The translations under genes and the position numbers were made by a program. The notes beneath the pieces are model-generated. The model saw only the letters and a program-made list of their open reading frames with translations, had not been told where the DNA came from and did no database searches. From the NCBI GenBank assembly GCA_951406725.2, contig OX597814.1, positions 94,240,001 to 94,304,000 of the forward strand: DNA of 64,000 nucleotides, written 5' to 3'. This DNA comes from Octopus vulgaris. Lineage: Eukaryota. Below are positions 1 to 12,250 of the stretch, piece after piece. Each line of letters starts with the position of its first letter. The first letter of the stretch is position 1.

Positions 1-625
1 TTAGTAAATTAATCTGGTAGTCAAAGATCATAATAAACAATTTCATTAGGGATGGAATATTCTTTCTATTTGTTTACCGTAAACGTTTCTGCTCGCTTTG
101 TAATAGCGAAATGTTTTATATCCTATTCTCAAAAGACCCCCTTGTAAACAATTATATAGAACGCGTTTATCATTGCAAAAATTGGCAGAAACATTACCTT
201 TAGTTCCTACAAGTGATTTCTACTATTATATATATAATTTGACCTTTGTCTTCTTCCATTTCACGTCCACTAAATATATCTAATTCCACGCTTTTAAGCT
301 TTATTCTAATTCACTCGTCGCTATATATTTCTCCACTATTAGTTTTCTGCTAATTTCTTTCCTTCTCCACATTCTCTTTCTATATGCTACCTTTGACGTT
401 ATATCTGCTAACGTTTCATTAAAAATTAATAGCGTTCCCTTCATCATTACACACAGTCATCACATTCTGTTAAAATGTCTTATTGATGTGTTTTGTTTCT
501 TTCTTTCGCTGATGAGAAGATTGCATTGCTTTACACCATTCTATTCCTTCTGGAATAATACTAATGTTGTCTTCGAAACATGTGTCGGAAGTAAAATAAT
601 TTGAATAACACCTGCATTTAACTCT
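1..625 (+). mobile_element. 3' end of a Penelope-like element (GIY-YIG C-terminus plus terminal repeat with hammerhead motif)
   Basis: Degenerate translation SKLIW..KDHNKQF..WNI...RKRFCSLCNSEMFYILFSKDPLVNNYIERVYHCKNWQKHYL* resembles the CxLC..E..I..LN..E..C tail of PLE GIY-YIG proteins. 474-625 is homologous to 9192-9345. Confidence 0.6.
503..592 (+). ncRNA. Type I hammerhead ribozyme-like motif (degenerate stem I)
   Basis: CTGATGA (509-515), stem II GAAGA...TCTTC, GAAA (575-578), C-ATGT-GTC (579-586). Stem I is imperfect. Confidence 0.6.
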
Positions 626-686
626 ATATATAGAGAGAGAGATAGATACATGCATACATATATACGTATGGTATATATGGGTATAT

Positions 687-731
<45 letters not shown>

Positions 732-739
732 TATACGTA

Positions 740-945
740 TGTGTGTCTTTGTGTCTGTAATCCCCCCACCCACGATCGCTCGACAACCAGTCATGTTGAT
801 TTTACGTACTCGTAATTTAACGGTTCCTCAAAAGAAACTACGCGTACAAAGAATACGTCCTGAGATTGATTTATTTGACTAAAACCCTTTAAAGTATTGC
901 TCGGTCATGGCCGCCGTCAAATCACTGGAACAATTAAAAGAATAT
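740..945 (+). mobile_element. SINE 3' portion (family also at 4990-5220 and 24320-24555)
   Basis: Shared tgtgtctgt..cccccacc...acaacc...cggttc..caaaag...ggccgc..caaat.actg.aacaa.taaaagaata body and tail in three copies. Confidence 0.7.
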
Positions 946-1022
946 ATATATTCAGAGATGTTGTTATATTTTAAAATGAATAAATAATTTTATTAATTAC
1001 CTCTCTATTTTCTCCTTATTCG

Positions 1023-1079
<57 letters not shown>

Positions 1080-1080
<1 letters not shown>

Positions 1081-2280
1081 CGGGTGGTCCGGAAAGTTCG
1101 TGCCGATTTATAGTAGCTTACATTTGAGTCCATAAAATAGGATTTGACAACACCTCCATTTAGAACACAGTTTAAGCTATCTTTTTGTGGAAGAAGGTTT
1201 ATGTTCCTATAATCTGTGTTAATTCCGCAACCCTTTAAAATGGAAGATAAGAAAGTTCATTTTCGGCACTTGATGCTTGTCTTTTTCCGTAAAGCGAAAA
1301 ATGCCTCACAAGCAACCAAAGAAATATGTGCAGTTTACGGTGATGTTTCTTTATCCGAAAGAACTGTCTTGAAGTGGTTCACAAGATTCCGAGCTGGAGA
1401 TTGTAGCCTTATTGATAAAGAGCGATCAGGCAGACCATCCACTACAGATGATGACTAAATCAAGTCATTAATTGAGAATAACCTACATTGCACAACCGAC
1501 AATTGGCAGAAATCCTCCACCTATCAAAATACTCGTAACGCTTGGGTACACAAATTCGCTACGATGCTTGGGTACCACATAAGGTGGGTGAGAAGAACCT
1601 TTTGGATCACATTACACTCTGTGATTCTGAATGAAAATGCGCCTTTTTTAAAGCAAATTGTGACAGGTGATGAGAAATGGATCATTTACCGAAATGTTCA
1701 GAGAAAGCGATCCTGGAGTAAGCGATATGAGCCACCCTTAGCCACCCCAAAAGTGGGTCTTCACCCTAAAAAGTCTTGCTTTCTGTCTGGTGGGATTAGA
1801 AAGGAATTCTGTACTATGAGTTTCTCCCAAGTAACCAGACAATTAATTCTGAGAATTACTGTGCACAACTGAATGAGTTAAAAGTAGCAATTCAAGAGAA
1901 ACGTCCAGAATTGGCCAACAGGAAGGGTGTTGTATGCCAACATGATAATGCAAGACCGCACGTTTCTTTGGGAACCAGACAAAATTGCTGCAGCTCGGTT
2001 GGGATGTGTTACCCCACCCTCTATATTCACCAGATACAGTTCCTTTAGATTTCCACATTATTTAGATCTCTGCAGTCTTAATGGTAAAAATTTGAATTCC
2101 TTGGATGACGTAAAATGATACCTTGATGACTTCTTTGCCACGAAACCACTTCAATTCTGGGAAGAGGGTATTTTCAAGTTAAAGGAAAGATGGAGACGCA
2201 TTGTGCAACAAAATGATTCATATTTGGTTGATTAAAAATGTAATGGAAAGTATTTATTGACCTTTTTCTTTCCTTTAAAG
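1080..2280 (+). mobile_element. Mariner (DD34D) transposon, decayed; right TIR missing
   Basis: TA-flanked left end TCGGGTGGTCCGGAAAGTTCGTGCCGATTT. Transposase runs from ATG 1240 to TAA 2235 across stops and frameshifts, with HTH region (LSERTVLKWFTRFRAGD..RSGRP), WVPH, VTGDEKWI, HDNARPH, YSPD and ERWRRIVQQNDSY. Confidence 0.93.
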
Positions 2281-2341
2281 ATATATATGTATATATGTGT
2301 ATATATATATAGAGAGAGAGAGTGAGAGAGAGAGAGGGAGA

Positions 2342-2344
2342 GAA

Positions 2345-2409
<65 letters not shown>

Positions 2410-2448
2410 CAGATAGATAGATAGATAGATTGATAGATAGATAGATAT

Positions 2449-2520
<72 letters not shown>
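2342..2520. repeat. (GATA)n microsatellite
   Basis: Direct read. Confidence 0.95.
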
Positions 2521-2599
2521 CAAAAATTTAGATTCAGATGAATTAGGTACCTAAGTTGAGGCACGAGAATTTATCCATACAGTTTTAAAATAATAAATG

Positions 2600-2785
2600 A
2601 ATAAATGCGCCCTTTTAAAGCCTAGACAGGCTCATGGGCGCCGTTTCCCAGTTTCAATAGCGTATGTGTTCGCCAGCTGAACGGGACGCCAGTCCATCGC
2701 AGCGTTACACATTTTTGCCAGGTGACTGGACTGGAGCAATGTGAAAAGAAGTGTTTTGCTCAAGATCAAAACGCGTCACCTGGTC
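2600..2785 (-). mobile_element. SINE fragment (related to 24015-24200 and 61395-61705)
   Basis: Shared block tttttgccag..g.ggactggagcaa.gtgaaa....ttgctcaag....caacgcgtcac. Confidence 0.65.
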
Positions 2786-2934
2786 CTTCAAAATAAGGTG
2801 ATCAAAATTAAAATAAGCAACAGGATATCCAGACGTAATGCAGTACGATCGTTTCAAGTGAATCCATTTAATTGAACAATTGAACAATACATGTATACAT
2901 ACATATACATATATTAAGAACAAGGAGGAAAGGA

Positions 2935-3265
2935 AGAGGTAATTCATAAAATTATTTATTAAATATAAAATATGACAACATCTCTGAGAGCTGTTTCGAT
3001 TCAGAGATCTTTGGGTAATTAATTTATAACATTAAAATCATTATGAGATGAGGTAGTATGAATACATCGATTAGAAATACAGTTAACGGTTTTATAGCCA
3101 TTACCTCAACATGTATTTCTGATCTGTATATCCTTAGTAGCTCTGAAGCTATTCATCTTATAATGATGTTAATTTTATAAATTAATTATCTAAAGATTTC
3201 TGAATGAAAACAGCTGTCAGAGATGTCATATTTTATAATTAATAAATAATTTCATTAATTACCTC
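2935..3265. repeat. Fold-back element with ~115 bp inverted arms (PLE terminal-repeat-like)
   Basis: 2935-3050 is the diverged reverse complement of 3152-3265. The same tail occurs at 953-1020. Confidence 0.75.
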
Positions 3266-3285
3266 TGCATTTTCTCCTTATTCTT

Positions 3286-3348
<63 letters not shown>

Positions 3349-3586
3349 ATGTGCGTGTGTGTGTATATATAATATAAATTATATATATATATATATGTAT
3401 GCATGTATGTATGTATGAACCACGGTTTATATGGTTGCGTGTACTTGATCTTTCTGTAAACTGAGAGCTAACCAGTATTTTCATTGGATTTATGATACCT
3501 TAATGAGGTTTATTACCTTTACTTGATATACATGTGTATATATACACACGTATATATGTATATATGTATGCATGTATATATAAACA

Positions 3587-3655
<69 letters not shown>

Positions 3656-3664
3656 ATATATACT

Positions 3665-3714
<50 letters not shown>

Positions 3715-3718
<4 letters not shown>

Positions 3719-4120
3719 TAATCATAACACGAAAACACAAAGAGAGAACACAACAATGCGAGGACGTGGAACAAGTATAGTGTTATTGGACGCTCAAGAA
3801 AGGAAAGAAAAAAGGAGGATTTAACGATTCGAACGGAGCTCTTCATCAGAAACACGGGAAAAGAAAGGATCCAAGGAAGGGAAGACGGAGGAAAAAGATT
3901 GCCAACGATACACACGCGATGACATGTTGATATATACATATATAGTTGAAATTTAGAAGACGAAGACAGGTGTATAAACAAGAAGTGGGTGTATAACTTC
4001 GACGTTCGAGGTGAAAAGGTCTTTTACGTTACGAGCCTAGGCTCTTCAACAGAAAGTAACTCGGGGAAATAAACAAAGAGAAAATTTTTTAAAAATATAA
4101 ACTTATGGATTTAGCGATCA
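3715..4120 (-). mobile_element. Two adjacent PLE terminal-repeat remnants with hammerhead-like motifs
   Basis: Minus-strand CTGATGAAGAGCTCCGTTCGAATCGTTA (3820-3852) and CTGTTGAAGAGCCTAGGCTCGTAACGTA (4021-4056). The second is homologous to 29070-29260 and 31435-31620. Confidence 0.6.
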
Positions 4121-4201
4121 GTGGAGTGCTGGTATGCACATGAGGATAGGTACAGAATGTTCACGTAGAAGTAATTCCGAATTGTAGCATGTTAAAACCG
4201 G

Positions 4202-4286
<85 letters not shown>

Positions 4287-4619
4287 CGTAGGGACGCGTA
4301 CAAATTATCTATCTATCTATATATTTATATATACATACATACATATATATATATATAGTGAGATAGAGAGAGAAAGAGAGAGAGATATACAAACATAAAT
4401 ACATACATACATAAGAGACAGGTATTCTCTGTATAGAATACACTTCGTAGTTCTCATGAGATTTGAACTTAAGCAAGTAGTAGAATAGATGTAAGGACTG
4501 GCAGAATTATTAAATATTTTCAATACAAAATTGTACATATGCTTGCTTATAAAATAGTCCAACAGTTCTTTCTGAGTGCTTAGTAGTCAGGAATAATTGA
4601 TAATTACTTAGTTCAATTA

Positions 4620-4880
4620 TCAGATAACACCGTCTCTTTCTTCTGGGGAGAATTATACATTTCAGGTATTGAAATAATGGAGTTTAAACACCATCTGTCT
4701 GTGAGAAAAACAGCACATTGAGACAGTTCACTCCGCCAGAAATTTGGAAACGACATGCTGTCCCGTCTGGCATTCACACCGGAAACTCCAATGGGAACAT
4801 TTCAGAGTGTTTGTGTTTCAATCTGAGGACAGTGCAGAGAAAGTTAGTGTCTGAGTTTCTTATAAGGCAGGTAATCGGTA
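4620..4880 (+). mobile_element. maT/DD37D-like DNA transposon 5' fragment, internally deleted
   Basis: RQFTPPEIWKRHAV..NISECL..NLRTVQR followed by VSEFLIRQV, which matches LSKFLVSQVVHEVI of the 9506-10182 copy. Confidence 0.6.
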
Positions 4881-4989
4881 TTCCTCATAAAAGATCAGAA
4901 AGTACCAATTCTTATTCCAACACATAAAGGAATATATATTCATATATATATAATTCATATATATATAAATATATATATGCATATATTCA

Positions 4990-5220
4990 TGTGGCTTTGT
5001 GTCTGTTTTGTCCCCACCACCTCCGCTTCACAACCTATCTTGGTGTGTTTACATCCCGGTTCCTCAAAAGTGTCCGATTGCATAAGTACTAGGCATTAGT
5101 AACAGCATATGTACTAGGCTTAAACAGAATAAGTGCAGGGGTTAATTTCTTCAACTAAAACCATTTATGGTGGTGGTCGGTGACGGCCGCCGGCAAATGA
5201 CTGAAACAAGTAAAAGAATA
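4990..5220 (+). mobile_element. SINE 3' portion
   Basis: Homologous to 740-945 and 24320-24555. Confidence 0.7.
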
Positions 5221-5248
5221 TACATATACGTATATATGTATATATGTA

Positions 5249-5301
<53 letters not shown>

Positions 5302-5302
5302 T

Positions 5303-5347
<45 letters not shown>

Positions 5348-5372
5348 TCAATATATATATATATATATACAT

Positions 5373-5676
<304 letters not shown>

Positions 5677-5721
5677 TTGTCAAGGAAGAAAATGCAAAAA
5701 TAATTTCTTAAAAAAACATTT

Positions 5722-5757
5722 CAGTACCGGTTTCAATCATTGAGATTTTTTCAACTG
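5722..5757 (-). ncRNA. Minimal type I hammerhead-like motif with U3-A8 core variant
   Basis: Minus strand reads cag-TTGAAAA-aatc-tcaat-gatt-GAAA-CCGG-TA-ctg. Confidence 0.55.
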
Positions 5758-5834
5758 TAAGTATGGAAAACAATTAAATTTTGGAAAACTTAAAAGAAAA
5801 GTTTTCTTAAAAGAATATTTGCATCCCAATATAA

Positions 5835-6125
5835 ATACGTGTACATAGGTGCCACGGAAAACCAATTCAAAGTTTGTTCTCGAAACCATATCTCATCATT
5901 CCGAAAAATAAATAGAGGACACGTGACCTCACTGGCAGACCTTATATGGAGACTGAAAGAATCAAAAATCAAATACCAAATGGAAGTCAAAAATAATTTG
6001 CTATCCGACAAATGTAACCTTTGTCTTGAGGAAGTATACTGCTGAATAGTGAAAATCTCCTAAACAAACATGATGAGAAAATTCCAAGGTGCAGCCACCG
6101 TGCCAAATATGCATTTTCCAGATGA
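5835..6125 (+). pseudogene. Penelope-like GIY-YIG endonuclease fragment
   Basis: YIGATENQFK..RNHISSFR...TSLADLIWRLKE...KCNLCLEE...LLNK..E...CSHRAKY. Confidence 0.85.
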
Positions 6126-6857
6126 AACAGTGTATAAGAATTATAATTATTATTCTATTTCAGTAAACCCATCCTTTCCCGTCTTCACACATATTTAGGG
6201 ATGTCTGTGTTTACGATGGAGTGTCCAACGATATAACTATGTACATGAATATGAGTAGATAAATGTATGGGTGTGAATGTGTTTGTTAATCAGTATGTGT
6301 GGGAGGGATGCATCTGTATATATGTACAGATATTATATATATTATATATACATGTGTGTGTGAGCGTGTGCTTAAATGTGTGTGTGTATGGGGATGGCCA
6401 GAGATGTAATGGTATATATAAGTATGAGCGTATGTGTGAGTTTCTTTGCAAAATAATAAAATTTAGCATATGCAGACTAACATGTGACACAGAATAAATA
6501 GACAACGTACACAATGCCGCTCATGTCGAGCGTGTAGAGGCACGCTCACAGCGAGCAGATTGAAACCGTCGAAATCTAGTAGATTCAAAGGAGCCAGATG
6601 GCTGTGATAGCATCAAAATCAAACATTAACTTACAGAGACAGCGATTTTATATCACCCGAGGAGAGAAAACTAGGTCCTATTATACAGGTAAACCGTTAC
6701 TTAATTTAAATCGAAACCCAGTATATATATGTATCTATGTTATATCGAAACATGTGTATTGGTCATTACAAAGCTGTCGAATCGCACTCCATCTTCCTTT
6801 TGAATCTATTTAAGTTTTCTTTTATATATATATATATATAGAGAGAGAGAGATAGAG

Positions 6858-6916
<59 letters not shown>

Positions 6917-7424
6917 AAGAGGCAAAGGGACAGACAGGCATGCATACACATATTGCGGGTGTCGTAACAGCGCGTTATAACTTTAATATAGTTTCGCTCC
7001 AAGTGTTGCGGGAATTATACTGCCTAAACAGCCGTGTTGCTTGAAACGTGCATAGGGGTTCATCAATAACAAATACCTGATCCAAACACTACAACAGCTA
7101 GATTCAATAAGTATTTATTTTAAATGCAGAAGCTCAGAAACCAAATTTTAACTTTTCCTACTTCAGCAATATGCAGCAAAAAAGCATGACACAACAACAA
7201 AAATCAATAAATCTTTTTTCTATTAAAATATAATAAAGTTTTAAAATCATTAACCACATACTGACAACTATTTCTACTTCATTTTCTAATGTTTATAACA
7301 TATTTCGCCTTGTAGTTATTTATTCAATATTACAAAAAGTTATGTACTTAATTTTGATAAATTAACTTAAAATATTACCTCATTGCTATCTTGTCAAACT
7401 ATAACGAGGTTTCTTCTGGCAGAG

Positions 7425-7473
<49 letters not shown>

Positions 7474-8016
7474 TGCAAATGAATAACTTCTGTAGGGAGT
7501 GAAACCGGTTTGTAATTATGTAATTATGTAATTATGTACTTTAATGCATTTTTCAATTATGGATTTTGGAGAATGTAATGAAGTATTTTAAAATTATTGG
7601 AATGTTATTTTGAGTCAGTAATCTTGAAGTGATTTGATTTTAGTAATGTATTTTGATATGATGTATTTTGGAATATGTAATAATGTCTTTTGAAATAATT
7701 TGGTAGTGCTAATCTGCTTTTCTATAAATATTATTGTATTTTGAACATATTTTAGTGTAATAATATACTTTGGATTTAATTTAGTGCAATATATAAAAAT
7801 AAGGAAATCGTTTTTGTTTTTTGTTATGTCTCCGTATCACCTGACTTCTATGGAATATTTTAAACATTTTCTTTCCACTTTCTTTCGTTTCCTCTCTCTG
7901 TATATATACATACATGTATACATATATATATATATACATAAACATACATATATATATATACATACCAATATGTACATATGTGTATATATACATGTATATA
8001 CATATATATATGTGTG

Positions 8017-8068
<52 letters not shown>

Positions 8069-9091
8069 ATTACGGGTACTAACAGGCAGTAAAATAGCAG
8101 TCAAAATGTCCAAACCACAAGTTTTCGTTTAAACACAAAGGTGGAAGCGGGAAAATGAACAAAAACACTATGCCCCCGTACCAATGAGGAAAATAATCGA
8201 AAATTGACTAAGTCAGACATACCCGTACCACGGTAATTTCGAACTATCAGAAATACCCTTAGTTTCTCTTCAGCAAGACTTACTAACTCCATATTTGAAA
8301 AGCTTGTTCATCTCAACCAATGTGTGCGATGACCATATTTAATGCCGCAGCTAATTTTTTTTTATAATTGATCTCTCTCACACTCTCTCTCTCTCACACA
8401 CTCTCAAAACGGAAGTGATGCAACGTTGAACTAAAGAAATACATTAACATATTACTAAAGCAAATACACAGTCAAAAATATCTCAAGTAATAGAATTATA
8501 TATTCTCATAAGATGCTAAACATTTTCCAAAATAGCTAACGAAAGTGATTTGGTGTGGTATTAAAATACATTGTAGTCACCACATTTTATTGTTTCTTTT
8601 ACCCCAAATATAAGTAGTATTATTAATACATTTTTACTGCTTTATTTACAACTACCAAATAATGTAATATTAACTGGGCAGTTACAGATTGCTCTCTTGG
8701 AGTACTATGAGATATATTGTGATATGCGAAACAACACAGACAGCCCCTCGCTGTAAATGCCATGTCTAGATACCTTTCAGTTTCATAAATAGACAACTAA
8801 ATATCAAAGATTTTTGAAAACTGTTCAGTTACTTTTCAGATTTATTTTTCTTTTTTATTCTGTTTATAATTTTCCCATGTACTGTTTGTTTTATACGTTA
8901 CGTCGCTTTCATTTTGTAACTGAAGCAAAGTATATATATAAATAGATGAGTGTATTTTTACCTTGTTAACAATTAACACGGAAAAATAAATAAATAGTTA
9001 CCAGGATAGCAAAAAATCTCACAAGTAAAAGTGTTGTAACTCCTTGTTTATAAAAGTAGAAACTTCGTGTTTACGTTGAATATTTTGAATA

Positions 9092-9353
9092 ATATGAATA
9101 AAAAATGGCGTTAACGCAGGTGTAATCAAATATTTTTACTTTCGACACATGTTTCTGCCTATCGCTATACAAATCCATCATTTTTTGCTAAAATGTCTTA
9201 TTGACGAGTTTCGTTTTTTCCACTTTCCTGAGGAGAAGATTGCATTGTTTATACCATTTATTCTTTTGAATAGTATCAGTGGAATTTTCGAAACATGTGT
9301 CGAAAGTAAAAATATTTCATTACACCTGCGTTAACTCCATTTTTTATTCATAT
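9092..9353. repeat. Fold-back PLE terminal-repeat remnant
   Basis: 9092-9155 is the near-perfect reverse complement of 9290-9353. Confidence 0.85.
9222..9307 (+). ncRNA. Type I hammerhead ribozyme, intact core
   Basis: Stem I ACTTTC/GAAAGT, CTGAGGA (9228-9234), stem II GAAGATT/AATTTTC, GAAA, C-ATGT-GTC. Predicted cleavage after C9301. Confidence 0.75.
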
Positions 9354-9505
9354 ATATATATACATATATATACATTCATACATACATACATACATACATA
9401 CATACATACATACATACATTATATATATGTGTGTGTATGTATATATGTATGTATACATGTATGTATGTATGTATGTATGTATGTATGTATGTATGTATGT
9501 ATGTA

Positions 9506-10182
9506 CAGGATGTGGTGACTAAATCGTTGTCTTAATTACGTAAAAATGAAAATAATACTGACATGTCATCTTAGCAGATATATTTGCCTAAATTTCATAA
9601 AATATATCTTGAAATACTAAAGAGCAAATTTATTGAATATAATCGCCACTGGCTTCAACGACGGCCTCCAAACGACTTGAGAAACTCCTGCAGCTCTTCT
9701 GGGCGGCCTCTTTTTCTAAGTTGGTGAATGCTGCCATAAACCTTATCTTCAGTTCATCTTTGATGTACAAGGAATTTGCGCCCTACACATACGGATCACT
9801 CCAAACACCATGATATTGACTGGATGTTAGACTCTTATCACTCTCAGTACATGTTTTGGGGACACGGCGATCTAATGGTTGTTCTGTGTGTTCAGCATCT
9901 GATGCTGGCAGAAATTTTCTCGTCTGAGAAACGAAGCACGTTGTGTTGGAGAGGATGCTTGAGTTTGTTCAAAACCATCATAGTGCGGGATTTCCTCTTG
10001 TCCTTTATATCTTGGTATATAAATTGGCCCTTTCTCATCTTGTATGAGGAATACCAAATAACTTCATGTACTACTTGGCTCACAAGAAATTTAGACAGTC
10101 CCATGTCCCTGACGAGGTCCTGATTGACTTGGAGGGATTGTTGTCAATCATGACCTGGATCTCACCAATAAATTCAGCAGTT
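9506..10182 (-). mobile_element. maT/DD37D-like Tc1/mariner transposon, partial
   Basis: AEFIGEIQVMIDNNPSKSIR...QVVHEV..YKMRKGQF...FSDEK on the minus strand. The 3' end is the reverse complement of 61980-62190. TA-CAGG terminus at 9506. Confidence 0.8.
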
Positions 10183-10189
10183 ACGTAAT

Positions 10190-11945
10190 CGTGATTTAAA
10201 ATATGTATGGAGATCAAAGTTTGTTGTGTGTACATATTTAGATGTGTTCTGTATTTTTCGATGAAAACATTTTCTTTATTTAAACGTTCTCGTAAAGAAA
10301 TTGTATCTTTGCACTGGGAGAAGGGGAAAACTGTGAATTTTGGTTTGATGTTACCTGCAGATCTCTCTATGTGTTCACTTAAAGGAATTTGTCTGTATTG
10401 AAGGAACTGGATCTGCTCTTTATGTAGAGTGGTTCTCCATCTCAATGTCATACTCGTCCGTCATATATAGTGATGTCCACAAACCGAGCAGGTTATTACA
10501 TAAATTAGGTTCTCAGAGGCACAAGTAGAGTTGGTTTTAATTGTGAAATCTCTCCTTCTTTGAAAAGGAAATCCGAACCTTCAAGTAAGTTGGGGCATGT
10601 TTCACAGTTTGGGCGTCCACATTTTTTAACCGTTGGTTTCGTGGTTGTTGCGTAAAGCTTCCCATTTGTTAAAAGTCTCTTTAGCGATCTGTGTTGTCTT
10701 TTGCATTTGATGAGTTTATGCGCTTTCGGGATGTTGTTCATTTTTGGGTCTCTAATTAGTAAAGGAAGATTTTTGCCCAATAATGGTGTGTGCCTAATTG
10801 TTTCTAGGGTTGTGGATTGATATATACAGAAGTGCTTTGAGATGAGGTGTGGTGTTATATTTGGTTGTCCTTAGTATTTTTATGTCTAATTTCTTGAGAC
10901 GCTTAATTCCAATGTCTATAAGTGAGGGTGGATATTGTCTTTTAGTTACTGTTGATTTGAGGTCTTGAAGACGAAGGTCCCGAGTAGTTCTATCAGACAC
11001 TTTGTGCAAATCCTTTTTGCCAAATTAATGGGGATATTTATTTGATGTGTTTTGGGTGGCAAAGCCGAAGAGGAGATATTGTTTTTAGCTTGTTGTTTAT
11101 GATAGATGTCAGTTATAATTTGGTTGTTGTCTTTTTTATCATAATATCTAAAAATGGGAGCTGTTCTTTGTTATATTCCATTGTGAATTGAATGTTACTG
11201 TTTATATCATTTAGTATTGATTTGAATTTCATACGTTTGTCAATGGTCTCCTTCCAAATGTTAAAACAGTCATCTAGGTATCTTTTCCAGTTTTCTCTTA
11301 CGTAGTGGTGAAATGGATAACTATATTTTTGCAATGACACTTCATATATGATGTATCCAAAATAACACATTATCAGGTTCGCAAGAACAGGAGCTGCTTT
11401 TGTTCCCATCGCAACTCCGCATTGTTGACGATAGTAGGTGTCATCAAATAGAAAATTATTGTTCTGAAGTATAAATTTTAAAGATTCAATAATAATGATT
11501 TACGCGTTCCGGGAGTACTTCGGGGGTACTTTTACAACCAGAATTTGATTGCTTTTATTCCATAGTCATGTGGGATGTTGGTGTATAGATTTATAACATC
11601 GAAGGAAACCAATAATGTCTCTTCATTGATTGTTTTTGGAAGCTGCTCTAGCATGTCTAAATCGACTCTAATGAAACTTTTGATGTATTTCAGCAATGGT
11701 TTCAGTAGGATGTCTAGAAAATTACTTAGGTGGTGAGTTTCACAGGCTGGGCCAGCTATAATTGGCCTTAACTTTAACTCTTCTGGCGCTTGGGTATTTA
11801 TGTATTTGCCTGGTGATTGTTTGTAGGCTTCATTAATTTATCTTGCTCTTGTGTATTTTTTGATAGGCCGTAAAAAAGAGTACATTTATATTTGAAGTTC
11901 GAGATGTAGTCTGTTCGTTTTTTTCTGTCAGACCTTTCCCAAATG
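10190..11945 (-). mobile_element. Penelope-like retroelement (Neptune-type), RT plus GIY-YIG, decayed
   Basis: RPIIAG, AMGTKAAPVLANL, WKRYLDDCF, LPFLDI, linker CGRPNCETC, LIYVITCSVCGHHYI..T..TLRWR..LHKEQI, spread over several frames. Confidence 0.9.
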
Positions 11946-12116
11946 ACGTTTACTTTCTCAGTGACGTGTACTCACAGCCAGCCACTTATCTAGGCGCGCT
12001 TTGATGTATGAACAATGAAACACATATAGTTAAAGAATGAAAAGCATGTTGTCCTCTCATCTACTTGTTTTGAAACAAGAAAGCATCCACGTGGTCGCTA
12101 GAGTTACCACAATTTC

Positions 12117-12250
12117 GTAGGAGTGGCTGTGTGGTAAATAGCTTGCTTACGAACTACATGATTCCTGCGCGGTATCTTGGCCAAGTGTCTTCTACTATAG
12201 CCTCGGACAGAACAAAGCCTTGTGAGTGCATTTGGTAGACGGAAACTACA
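12117..12250 (+). mobile_element. tRNA-derived SINE 5' fragment
   Basis: A-box-like TGGCTGTGTGG followed by cttggccaagtgtcttctactatagcctcgg..caaagccttgtgagtg. A degraded relative lies at ~49495-49555. Confidence 0.55.

Noticed and set aside
7485-7520. GTGAAACCGGTTTG as another hammerhead half
   Set aside because: No matching CUGANGA or stem II upstream. Too degenerate to call.
10080-10451. ORF fusing a GIY-YIG C-terminus to maT transposase sequence
   Set aside because: Chance in-frame junction of two decayed elements. No start context or intact domains.
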